Assembly: GCF_001194135.2 (NCBI RefSeq)
Contig: NC_068986.1
Coordinates: 5,647,570 to 5,684,911, forward strand
Length of the DNA stretch: 37,342 nucleotides
Origin: Octopus bimaculoides
Taxonomy: Eukaryota
Direction: 5' to 3'
Shown: positions 22,832-33,733 of the stretch, one piece after another
Layout: the number at the start of each line of letters is the position of its first letter
Numbering within the stretch: the stretch's first letter is position 1
The notes under the pieces: model-generated
Database searches by the model: none
Told to the model about the DNA's origin: nothing
Seen by the model: only the letters and a program-made list of their open reading frames with translations
Program-made: the position numbers and the translations under genes

Positions 22832-22958
22832 ACAAAGGGCTTTTACCAATTTCCATCTCCTAAATCTACTCACAGGGATTTGGTTGGCCCAAGGTGTTGC
22901 ACAGTGGAACTGAACTCAAAACCATGTTCTTGGAATGAACTTCCTTGATCATACAACC
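22832..22958 (-). mobile_element. Decayed tRNA-derived SINE
   Basis: Reverse complement aligns with 36853-37020. Confidence 0.55.
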
Positions 22959-24391
22959 AGTCAATAGTTTCTAATATAGGCACTAGGCCTTAAATTTGTG
23001 GGAGTAGTTAGTCAAATCAATCTCAATACTTGACTGGGACTTTGTTTTACTGACCCTAGAAGTGAAAAGGTAATCTTGGTGGGATCTGAACTGAGAACAT
23101 AAGAGCTGAGAAAAGAATTATGAAGCAGTTCATGTCATTCTAATTAACAAGCATTAATTCAATAAAATCACAATGGTAAAAAGGGAAAGAAATATAAAGA
23201 CAAGCAAGAAGTTATAATAATTAACAGTTTTATTTCTGATGATAGATGAGTCAGTTAATAAAATAATAAAGAAAAAAAATACAATATCAAAAAAGAATGA
23301 AATATTATCAATGATGTGCAGAATCCTCTTCGCCACAAGTTGGATGGAAAGAGTGAAAGCAGCTTTAATTAAGACAACCATTATGATTGTAGAACTGTAC
23401 ATCAAAGGTGATTAATTTGCCTCTTGAAAGAAGTCACTGCACAATCATTTCTAGAATATTTGAAACATGCTTAAAATTCTGAATTTGATTTTATCATGGC
23501 AATATTATATAGAGGAAAATTCTGATGAAACAAGGGTGAAAATGATTAAAAAATAAAAAAAACTTCTCTATCATGGTTATAAATTTCTACAGTATAATTA
23601 ATTTTTGGAAAGAATTTGGAACCTGCTATAGAAAATAAATCATCCAAAGATATACTATAGTTTAAAATTCCACAAACCATTAACAGCAACTTGGTCTACC
23701 TCCAGAATTGCTTTGTATATATAATTGTTGACTGAAAAGTCATTAGAAGATAAGAAACAGCATGTCGTTGTCTACCAAAGTAATTTGCATCCCTTAATGT
23801 AAAATAAAAAAGTAGCTTAGCCTTAAGTTATTTAACTCAATCATTATGTTCAAAAATAAACTTTAAAAATGTGTAAAAGGATTTAAGAAAACTGATAGAA
23901 GAATGAAGTATTTTAAAACTATATAAGACCTAACTTCAAAATAAATTAAACAAAAAGACCGTAGTTTTTGACATATAAAGACAAGGAAAAGATCAGTAAA
24001 AAAAGACTTGTTTTGTAGGTTCTTGAAATGAAGCTAGATAGGATCTGGAGCTTTAATGACAAATCTCACACCGTAATATCTATTAACAATAGAATCCAAC
24101 TGGAGTGGATAGATGATCTGTGAAAATGTATAATACTGATCTTCATACTGATAAATTCCAATGAAATATTGATATATATCAACAATAAAGCTAACTGGAG
24201 TGATCTGTGCAAAGTGTATGGTGATTATCTTCACACTGGGAGATTCCAAACCAGATCTAATAATACAATATTGTCACTAGTTACATAAGAAGCTGTTAGA
24301 AAAGCATGTATGTACTCTAAAAAACTGAATATCTGATAACTTTACTTTTGAAAGAAAAAAAAAAATTTGGTCACATAATAACAGCAACTGT

Positions 24392-24397
24392 TTTATT
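24392..24397 (-). promoter_or_regulatory. Candidate PRPF19 poly(A) signal AATAAA
   Basis: AATAAA ~165 nt after the stop codon; a CA about 25 nt further on is followed by a long T-run (U-rich downstream element). Confidence 0.6.
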
Positions 24398-24559
24398 AAA
24401 ATCCATGTTGTTTGTCAAATTTAGAATATTGATGAAATCGACATTAGCAAGATGTCTTTAAGAGTTTGCTTTTCCACAACTGACATTACTTGCAGCACAT
24501 TATAAACGAAGACTCACACATATATGCTCACATACACACATTCACATAAAGTAATGGTC

Positions 24560-24704
24560 TTAATTCATTCCAAAGAATTTAACTGAACGATCCATACTAG
24601 CTGAAGCCACAAATGTAGCATTGTGACCAAATCGCACACCAGTAGCTGATGCTGTGTGGTCATTAAAAACTGCCAAGTCTTGCCACTGTTTACAGAGGTA
24701 AACC
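24560..24704 (-). CDS. PRPF19: Pre-mRNA-processing factor 19, terminal coding exon
   Basis: ttttag|; encodes (R)VYLCKQWQDLAVFNDHTASATGVRFGHNATFVASASMDRSVKFFGMN* (human [46 protein letters not shown]). The 9 exons total 993 nt in frame. Confidence 0.96.
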
Positions 24705-24979
24705 CTAAAATAGAAAATAAAAGAAGTTGCTCAGTGATGTGTAAAAAAAAAAAATTATGTAAACAAGTAAAACAAAGGATTTTGTCACTTTTCTTACATG
24801 ACTGATACATTCTACCTTATAAAAGCAAACTGTCAAAAGGAAAATTTAATTTAGAAATAAAAAAATTGAGGAAACACTCATATTTGTACTACATTTCTAG
24901 ATATCAAAATCATCCTTAATATTTCCAATATTAAACTCACAGAATCATCAGAGCATTGAAAAAATATCTAGTGCTATTT

Positions 24980-25130
24980 GTTCTGAGTTCCGAGTTCAAA
25001 TCTTGAGACCAACTTTACTTTTCAACTCTCTGGAGTTGAAAAATATCAAGTACCAGTGAAGCATTGGGGTCTGAAGTAACTAACACCCTCCCCTCAAAAC
25101 TGATAGCACTGGCATTATACCTAAACTAGA
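24980..25130. mobile_element. SINE-like repeat, orientation opposite to 10175-10390
   Basis: GAGTTCAAAT..CAACTTTACTTTTCA..AAGTACCAGTGAAGCATTGGGGT is the reverse complement of the family motif. Confidence 0.6.
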
Positions 25131-25220
25131 AACAATTCTCTCTAAAAGTGTGGAGTTAACTGACCTCCAAAAGAATTCTCAGGAGTCTTGTTGAAATTAT
25201 CAATATTTCAATATTGACAT

Positions 25221-26181
25221 TCTCAGAATGTTGGGCCTTACAGAGGAGATGACAATGGACTGATATGTTTGGTAATATGAGGTTCTTGAGAAAACCTGCC
25301 AACCTCAACGAAATAGTTCTGGAAGCACTCTGTGTTCCACCCACATGTAACAATAAATCTTTTACACACCCTACCCCAATAAACCACACTACATCTTCTC
25401 TTCTCTTTTTCTGCACATTTCCTCTTTTCCATGCATTCTCCCTCCCTGCTCTTGTCCTCAATGCGCTGCCCGCTGTATCATTGCTATCCCCCCCCCCTCT
25501 ATATACCCAGGTTTCACCTGTCACTGTACTCTCCCCGCCACTTAGCATTCACAGGAACTCCCTACTCATGCACCCCTGGCAATGCTCTGCCATTCCATTC
25601 ATATTCTCATCCCTGTACCTCGAGAGTTTCCCCTGACACATTTCCACCATCTCCCTCTGACTAGGGTGACCATGCATCTCCTCTACAGCAAGACATATTT
25701 CTGTCCCTCTGTCATACTCTAACTTCTCATCACCTGGCACAAAGCCACCTCCTCTCAAAGGATCTTTGTCTTACAAGCTACTTGGAGACCTCATTGATGC
25801 TGGTGCCACGTATAAAGTATCCAGTCCACACATTAAAGTGATTGACGTTTGGAAGGGTATCCAGCTGTAAAAACCAATGCAGTTCTTGCTAGTGTTGGTG
25901 TCATAGAAAAAGCACCCAGTTCACTCTGTTAAGTGGTTGGCATTAGGAAGGACATCCAGCTCTAAAAACCATGCATAACAGACTTCACTGGTGTTGGTGC
26001 CATGTAAAAAGCACCCAATCCACTTTATAAAGTGGTTGGTGTTAGGAAGGATATCCAGCAGTAAAACCATGCCAGAACAGACAGTGGAGCTTGGTGTAGT
26101 CCTCTGACTTGCTGGCTCCTGTCAAACTGTTCACCCCATGCCAGTAGGGAAGATGGACATTAAATAATAATGACGATGATG
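25221..26181 (+). mobile_element. RTE LINE 3' end with long pyrimidine-rich 3'UTR and triplicated ~100-bp module (antisense in the last PRPF19 intron)
   Basis: Starts LRMLGLTEEMTMD*YVW*YEVLEKTC. Three tandem TGGTG(C/T)CA..AAA..GG(A)AGG..ATCCAGC..AAAACC units near 25797, 25891 and 25991; ends with the shared tail and ATGACGATGATG. Confidence 0.75.
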
Positions 26182-26505
26182 TTGAATGATACACTGAAAA
26201 ATCTTATCGGTCAGAAAGTCTAATTATGAAGTTTTAACAATTTAGTTTTGTCATATTAAACTGCTAATATCAAAATAATTTACTCCAGACTAATTTTCCT
26301 GGGTAGCTTCCAGTTTTAACCCAATATATTAAGCAGCTTCAGAAATCTTCATATATTTAGATTAGCTTAGCACAATTAGTAATGTTGAGACACATCATTC
26401 TAATCAGAACACTTTACTCTTGACCAATTAGAATATAATACTGCAGAGGCAGGAAAAAGTCAAATTGTTGATGTTGAAACAAAGAACTTAATAAACAATA
26501 CATAC

Positions 26506-26668
26506 CTAACATCAGTACCTGCCACAGCAAGATAAGATCCACTCTGATCAAAACAAAGACTGCGTACTTCATATTTATCGTCCAGTTGGATAGTCTTGAA
26601 GTTTTTCAATTTACGCAAATCCCACAGTTTCACAACAGCATCTTCAGCAGCAGTAGCAAGGTAGTAAC
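26506..26668 (-). CDS. PRPF19: PRPF19 exon (163 nt, WD40)
   Basis: tttctag|...|gtatgt; encodes (G)[53 protein letters not shown]. Confidence 0.97.
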
Positions 26669-27164
26669 CTAGAAACAAAAGATTGTATAAACAGTGAGAC
26701 TATGAACAAATGAGAGGCGAGAAAAGGAAAGATGACAATTTAGTAAAAAGATAAGAAGCATATCATTCATATTACAACAGAAAATGCTGATAGAATTGTA
26801 ACATAATATTGTTGTTGTAATCATAAATCTATGATTAAAGACATTTAAAAAATCAAAAGGTAAATAGTAGAAAAATAGAAGAACATTTGTTTAACACCTG
26901 CTTCTTTCCATGCTAGCATAGATTGGATGAAGACTTATTTGAAGAAGGATTTTATGGCCAGATGCTCTTCCTGCTCACAATCCTTACCTGTTTGTCAGGC
27001 AAGAGATCATTTTTATTCCGTTAGTCTGTGAATGCACAGAGCAATTTCTCATAATGTCAATACAGAACATAAACATATCACTATTTTAATCAGATCAGCA
27101 AAGCTGTGGAATGGCAATATTCATGCACATATGTACAAGCATGTAATACACACAATATGGGAAT

Positions 27165-27292
27165 ATGTGTGTGTGTGTGTGTGTATATTATCAATATATA
27201 TATAATATAATATATTATATATATATCATATATAATATAATATATTTAATTATATATCATATATAATATAATATATATAATTATATATCATT
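27165..27292. repeat. (TG)n followed by an AT-rich minisatellite-like tract
   Basis: Read directly; repeated ATATATCATATATAATA-like unit. Confidence 0.85.
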
Positions 27293-27572
27293 AAAGGCAT
27301 GAAATTTGCTAGATTTTTCTGACGATAACCAAGAAGGAATGAGCACATCCATATCTTGTGTGTACAGTTTTGTCCATTCCTTTGTCATGCTTGTTTAATT
27401 TTTGGAACTATATAATGATGGGCTTTCATACAGTTTCCATCTTGCAAATTCATTCAAATGTTAATGATTAATCAAAAAGTATATTTGATAAAAAGATCTA
27501 TTCTTAAACTTCAAAATTAAATTTCAAAGTGAAATCAAACAAAAATTATTTTGAATATACTGTGATTCTTAC

Positions 27573-27728
27573 CATTTTCAGAAAATGCAATACTGGTAAT
27601 TGGGCCCATGTGCCCAGGGAAGTTAGCTACATTGATCTGTTCTTTCAAATCCCAGATTTTAATCATATAATCCTCAGTTCCAGTTCCAAAAATAAGACCA
27701 TCAGGATGGAATTGTGCACAAGTCAGAG
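27573..27728 (-). CDS. PRPF19: PRPF19 exon (156 nt, WD40)
   Basis: gtttttag|...|gtaaga; encodes (P)[51 protein letters not shown]. Confidence 0.97.
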
Positions 27729-27966
27729 CTAAAAACAACACAAACAAAAAGAATTAATAAAAAATCGTGGAACATGCATTATAATCACAAATACCGGTAA
27801 TGATTCTAAGACTGAAGATTCTACACGTTTTGAAGATTCTACATGTTTTGAAGTATTTACATCTTACCCTAAAATATCAGCAGTTCAAATAGAACCAAAA
27901 CAATGCAGCAGAGATCTTAACACAGTACTAAAAATAGTGATTGCTAGTTCTTATAATATATACCTT

Positions 27967-28406
27967 AATGACCGAGACCTTTGGAAACGTGCTGTGCGTG
28001 AGAAGACCCGGCAAGCCAAGTAAGATCGTTGCCAGTGCCCCTGGACTGGCTCTTGTGCGGGTGGCACATGAGATGCACCATTTTGAGCGTGGCCGTTGCC
28101 AGTACCGCCTGACTGGCTCCCGTAGGATTTTTGAGTGAGATCGTTGCCAGTGCCCCTGGACTGGCTTGTGCGGGTGGCACATAAAAGACACCATTTCGAG
28201 CATGGCCGTTTTCGTGCGGGTGACACGTAAAAGCACCCACTACACTCTCTGAGTGGTTGGCGTTAGGAAGGGCATCCAGCTGTAGAAACTCTGCCAAATT
28301 AGATTGGAGCCTGGTGTTGCCATCCGGTTTCACCAGTCCTCAGTCAAATCGTCCAACCCATGCTAGCATGGAAAGCGGACGTTAAACGATGATGATGATG
28401 ATGATG
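27967..28406 (+). mobile_element. Young 5'-truncated RTE LINE insertion (antisense in PRPF19 intron)
   Basis: Begins NDRDLWKRAVREKTRQAK*; many CpGs retained; 115-bp internal duplication (28023-28069 and 28138-28182); (GAT)n tail; possible AATGA TSD (27967-27971 and 28407-28411). Confidence 0.85.
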
Positions 28407-28699
28407 AATGAATACAACTGTTCTGATTTTCTCTCACTTAATTTGCAAATTCAAGAACTACACTCTGTGATGAGGTACAAAACTGAATTAACTCAAGTAT
28501 CACACAAGTGCTCATTTTATCAAACCTTAAGGGACAAAAGGTGTCATCGTAAGAATAACGAAAATATGATTTAAAAGGTTACTCTTTGATTACTTACATC
28601 CAGTAGAGTGTGATGTGACCAAGCTGGGACAACACAAATAGATAACAATGGAAACATTTATGAAAATGATTGTGTTATAAGATATGATAAGAAACTTAC

Positions 28700-28769
28700 G
28701 GTGTGGAGAAGATGTATCAGTGACTTTAGTTAACACTTTACCAGTTCGAATATCTGAGAAAGCCCAATA
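28700..28769 (-). CDS. PRPF19: PRPF19 exon (70 nt)
   Basis: atttctag|...|gtaagt; encodes YWAFSDIRTGKVLTKVTDTSSPH (human [23 protein letters not shown]). Missed by the ORF track. Confidence 0.96.
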
Positions 28770-28825
28770 CTAGAAATAAAACAAAACATACTGATATATT
28801 GAACATCAAATTGCCAACAGAAGAA

Positions 28826-29061
28826 CAGGGTGTTCAAAAAGTCTCTCCGCAGTAAATATTTATTGAAAAATAATATTTATAAGATGATATAAGACTACAA
28901 AAGAATATATTAGACTTTACAAGACTTAAAAAAAATTTATAAGCAGTGTTGAAAGTGTCATCCTTCATTTTCAATACATAAGTTGACTCTTCTACACATG
29001 TTTTGAAATACATCTTGGAGAAAAAAAAATTCACTGCGGAGAAACTTTTTTGAACACCCTG
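28826..29061 (-). mobile_element. 236-bp Tc1/mariner internal-deletion derivative (MITE)
   Basis: TIRs CAGGGTGTTCAAAAA(A)GT(C/T)TCTCCGCAGT; TA on the right and AA on the left. 28937-29020 (-) reads LQDVFQNMCRRVNLCIENEG*HFQHCL*, typical of a mariner transposase C-terminus. Confidence 0.88.
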
Positions 29062-30167
29062 TACATCAGGATAAATAGAATTTAAGTCTTTTTATTATTC
29101 TTTATTAGGCATGAGCCTAGATGTGAACTTCAGGATGCAATAATACTTGGAAGAAAGCTATCAGTCATACTATTTCTATGAAAAAGAGCTGCAACAGCAA
29201 AAAATCTGACTACTGATTGCTATTCATACAGGTACAACATTGACTTTCAGAACACTGATGGTCTGGAACCTTTTATAATCTGCACAAATTATTGAACAAG
29301 AACTTTAAATCCCTGTAGCCACCAAACTAGTTTACTGGTACCTTGCACAGACTGGTGCCTTACATAGCAAAGTATTAGTAAACTTGCATCATTTATTAAA
29401 AAAAAAAAATGTAGAGGTACCTGTATTACATTTAATTATTCAAGTAAATTTAAAATTTGTTTAACTCAGTGTATTGACCAAAGTGACCACCCCTGATTTG
29501 AAGAAAAAAATCAATAACCCAGAATGGCTTTGGAACCTGCATGTGTGTGTGTGCATGTGTGTGTGTTTCTATCTATATTTATAGATACTTTTCTATTTGA
29601 TAGTGGTATGAAACAACAAAAGGTTTTCTTTCATTTTGTTTGCAGAGTCCTTTTATATTAAATTTGCAAGGGTTTATTACTTAAAAGCTAAAAATCTTTT
29701 GTTCATATGAACCTTCTTCTATCCATAAACATTTGGTATCTCAACTTCTGGCTGATGATGATTGTGAAGCAAAATGCTCATTGCGAGTTATTAAATCTCA
29801 CCTAATTATACAAAATTTAAGCAAAGCAATAAAGCTTATTATTTAAAATCTATAAATATTCTATGGATGTCAAAGGAAGGAACAGAGGCTATTATCAGTT
29901 CAAACCAGACGTGTAAAAACGCCAAAGAATTTAATAAATAACAAGAACAATTTCAGAGTTTAAGAGATAAAATGTTCACCTTTAGTTGGAAGTGAGCATT
30001 ATACAATAACATTGTAATACAGAATAGGTCAGCAATGGTTTTAATGGAAACAGTTGACCAGTGGGAATTACCCAACATTACAGGGTCTAAGCATTCCATA
30101 AACACTGCAATATATTTTTAGCTAAACAGTAAATAGTACTGCTCCAGAGTAAATACTACAACTGCTA

Positions 30168-30465
30168 ACTGGCATTCTGTCGGTGATGCCGACAAGGGTT
30201 CCAGCTGATCCGATCAATGGAACAGCCTGCTTCTGAAATTTATGTGCAAGTGGCTGAGCACTCCACAGACACATGTACCCTTAATGTAGTTCTCAGGGAG
30301 ATTCAGCATGACACAGAATGGGACCAAGTCAGCCCTTTGAAATACAGGTACAACTAACTTTTGCCAGCTGAGTGGACTGGAGCAATGTGAAATAAAGTGT
30401 CTTGCTCAAGGACACAATGCACAGCTGGAAATCGAACTCATGGCCTTCAACTGCTAACACGAGTG
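30168..30465 (-). mobile_element. tRNA-derived SINE with conserved central domain
   Basis: - strand has GAGTTCGATT (B-box-like), then GTGTCCTTGAGCAAGACACTTTATTTCACATTGCTCCAGTCCACTCAGCTG, a core typical of CORE/Deu/Nin-type SINE superfamilies, and a 3' end ..GGAACCCTTGTCGGCATCACCGACAGAATGCCAG. Confidence 0.75.
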
Positions 30466-30504
30466 AATTATTTCACTAAGTTATGTAAAATTGAGTGAGA
30501 ATGC

Positions 30505-30713
30505 TTAACTCATAAGCATTTAAACAGGCTATATCATATCCAGCCCAAATATTCTTCCTGTTTTATGTTCAAACTGGCCAGATCTAGCCCCTCACACCTA
30601 ATCTACAATGTCATTCTAAAAATAAACAATCACATCGTTGATATCTTGAAGTTATTGAGATAATGCATGATTAATTCAAAACAATGAGAATAAATAAGCT
30701 TTAGATTTGACAA
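30505..30713 (+). mobile_element. TTAA-flanked MITE family B (right end truncated)
   Basis: Aligns with 11014-11204 and 7315-7526. Confidence 0.75.
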
Positions 30714-30768
30714 GATTCTAATTAGAAATTATCAGATTGGACTGAAGTAAAAGAAAATAAGTAATTAC

Positions 30769-30924
30769 TGTATCGGTGGAACTACTGAGTAAGTAATCTC
30801 CAGTAGCATGAAGACTCAGACCAGTAACAGGAGCTTCGTGAGCACGAATCACTTGACCACACTGAGCAGTCTGAATGCCCCAAACACGGATGCTGCTATC
30901 AGGAGATGCTGTAAACACCAGATC
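30769..30924 (-). CDS. PRPF19: PRPF19 exon (156 nt, WD40)
   Basis: ttttactag|...|gtaatt; encodes [52 protein letters not shown]. Confidence 0.97.
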
Positions 30925-31192
30925 CTAGTAAAAATGAAAATGAAAAATATTTTTAAAAAATTATAAAACCTATAGATACTAATAAAATAACAGTTGGTTT
31001 AATATGCATTTTTATGCACGAAAAATAAAAGAACATCATGCTTTCTAATATTGGAAAGAAATAAAAAGTGGTTTGTTGCCACAAGAAATGCATGCAAGGC
31101 AATAAAAATGAACAGATTGAAGGTAGAGCTACATCTAACGAATCTGGGCAAATAACTGTAAAATCTGACCAAGTTATACAGTTACAACTTAC

Positions 31193-31302
31193 TTCTTCTG
31201 GATGGTAGATGACACTGGTAACTTTCTTTGTATGTCCCTTAAGAATTGCCATAACTTGTTCTGTATCTTTGTTGAAAACAACAGCATTCTTGTCATTCCC
31301 AC
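31193..31302 (-). CDS. PRPF19: PRPF19 exon (110 nt, WD40)
   Basis: tctttcag|...|gtaagt; encodes (G)[36 protein letters not shown]. Confidence 0.97.
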
Positions 31303-32165
31303 CTGAAAGAATATCAATGTAGGATACTTACTTTGACCAAATAATTTGTACTTCACAATTATATTTAAATTTAATAATTCTTTGATTTTTGAAATCTGCT
31401 CTATGCTCATTTTTCTTTCTATATTAATAAGATTATGCTGGTTTATTCATAGCAGTTAACCAGTCAACAATGGAGAGACAAAGTGGCTAAAGAGTTTAAA
31501 TAGGGAGTTTTAGAAAAGTGTGATAATATATATTTTACCCAAGGGGCAAAACATGATCTATGACTTTGAAGTGAAACATAACATATACCTCAATGTCATA
31601 TTGAAAATTTATATGAGACTCTAGCTACATAAGACCATATCATTGACTTTAATGATAAAAAGCAAAAAAAAAAAAAAGGCTTAAAACATGTATAAAGTAT
31701 CACCAATTTGTTTTACTATTAATCTGAAATGATTGGTAATGATCAGAGAGTCATTAAAGGCTCGTATCTGTTTCAACTCCCTGCACTCTGAGTTCAAATC
31801 TTATCAAGGTCAACTTTGCATTTCATCCTTTCAGGGTTGATAAAAAGAAGTACCAAATCTAGAGTGGAAACTTAATAGAACTGTTATAGCATCAAACAAG
31901 ATACTTTGCAGTGTCTGTACTGGTTCTCTGCCTTCTAACAACACTTTAATGGCACTGGTACCATGCAATATCAGCCTTTATAAAAAAGCCTTTCTCTTGT
32001 ACAATACTGATGGCACGGCAAGGGGTGACTTTCATGCATGGGTAAATGCTAGGCTTCCCCATCAAAATATTTTTCTTATGCCAGTGCATATATATGCATG
32101 CAGGGCGAAAGAGGTGGTAGTTCAAAACAGAAAAAAACTAGTAGATATAATATAGTGTAGAGATA

Positions 32166-33538
32166 AACAACATCATCAGCTAATGTCCATTTTCCATACA
32201 AGCATGGGCCAGACAGTTTGACAGGAGCTGGCCAGGTTACAATTGTCTGTTTTGGCAAGGTTTCTACAGCCTCCATTCTAACACCAACTATTTTACAGAG
32301 TGTACTGGGTGCTTTATATGTGCAACTGGCACAAGAGCTTTTTATGTGACCCCAAAGAGGTGCTGTTCTATGTGGCACCAGCATGGGTGCTTCTACATGA
32401 CACTAGCACTTACAAGCCCACAAGACAAGGTCTGCTTGGCTGACAGAGGGACATACTTGTATATATAGATGGCCACAATTTTACTTAGCCTGATGTGTCT
32501 TCTCAAGTACAGCAAAGCACCAGAAGTCTTGGTCCCTTGTCATCTCTTCAGTAAGACCTAGTGTCTGAAGATCTTTTCTCATCACTTCATCTCATGTTTT
32601 CCTAGGTCTACTCCTTCAGCATTTCTTTATGCAGTTGTCTTCATCCATATGCATCACATGACCATATCAGTGCAGTCTTGTCCTCCTGCAGACTACATCT
32701 GGTGCCTCTTATACCCAGTTTTTCTCTTAACTCATTTACATTGTCATACATGCACACTAACATTATCCATCCAGCAGAGCATGTTGGCTTCATTTCTTTC
32801 AAGCCACTGCATGTCCTCAGTAGTCAGAACCCATGTTTCACTACTATGTAGCATAGTTGCTTGAACACAGGTATCATGCTATCTGCTTTTCATTTTGAGG
32901 GAGAGGCCCTTTCTTACCAAACAAATGTAGTAGCTCACTGAACTTTGCCCAGCCCAATCTTATTCTAGCAACCACGCTTTCAGAGCTTCCTCCTCCACTG
33001 CTAACTTTGTTTTCTAGGTAACAGAAACTATCTACTACTTCTAAAGGTCCCGTTGGACATTTGAGGGAGTGTATATTCTGCACATTCCTACTGTATCTTG
33101 TACCTGCACATCTGCCACACACAAAGATTACTTTCTCTGTTAACCTTCCTCTAATACTGCTGCACCTCTATGTGTCCATAGCTTACCCTAGGTTCACCAT
33201 ATGGAGTTTCTACCAACCCCTTTTTTACATACTGAGCAGGACCATTGCCCTGAAGGGATTGGTGATCTGTCTGTTTCCTCGCTCACTAGGACTTTGGTCT
33301 TTGTTAGATTAACTCTAAGGCCTTTTGATTCCAGACCTTGCCTCCACACGTGAAATTTCCTCTCCATTTTTTGATAGTGATTCAGTTAAACGAACAAGCT
33401 TATCAGTATAGAGCAGCTAGTTTTAAATTCCTCTGTTATGGCCTGCAGGACTATGATAAACAAGAGGGGACTGAGAACTGATCCTTGGTGAACTCTTACC
33501 TGTATACTAAATTCCTTGCAATACTCATCACCAATAAC
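32166..33538 (-). mobile_element. ~1.4-kb 5'-truncated RTE LINE (RT domain to tail), sense orientation in PRPF19 intron, dead
   Basis: - strand: VRVHQGSVLSPLLFIIVLQAITEEFKTSC / YTDKLV (decayed YADD) / LEVVDSFCYL..ARIRLGWAKFSELL / MLHSSETWVLTTEDMQWLERNEANMLCW; shared tail module and (CAT)n near 32170. Confidence 0.9.
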
Positions 33539-33657
33539 AACTAAAAAACCAATATGAGGAAGTAGAATAGAAAATATGACAGTAATAATTTTCAGATTAA
33601 AGAGGATACACTCTATGATGATGAAATGTAGTCTATAGCATGTTTAGGTGGTGTTAC

Positions 33658-33733
33658 CTGTAACTATCTTCGATGTATCTCGCAAACAAATGTCCAATGA
33701 TACAATACCAGGAACACTAGCACTATGAAGACC
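33658..33733 (-). CDS. PRPF19: PRPF19 exon (76 nt)
   Basis: tcttcag|...|gtaaca; encodes GLHSASVPGIVSLDICLRDTSKIVT(G) (human [26 protein letters not shown]). Missed by the ORF track. Confidence 0.96.

Noticed and set aside
23522-23545. Other CTGATGA/CTGAAGA motifs as hammerheads (2691, 5204, 13336, 23522; - strand 10682, 19034, 24946)
   Set aside because: None has stem II, GAAA, stem III and stem I complementarity together.
24034-24290. Short ORFs just past the PRPF19 3' end
   Set aside because: No homology I can recognise, no splice-consistent continuation, and non-ATG starts.
25797-26075. Three ~100-bp spaced repeats suggesting a CRISPR-like array
   Set aside because: Whole units, including the would-be spacers, are homologous and belong to an RTE 3'UTR; eukaryotic context; no cas genes.
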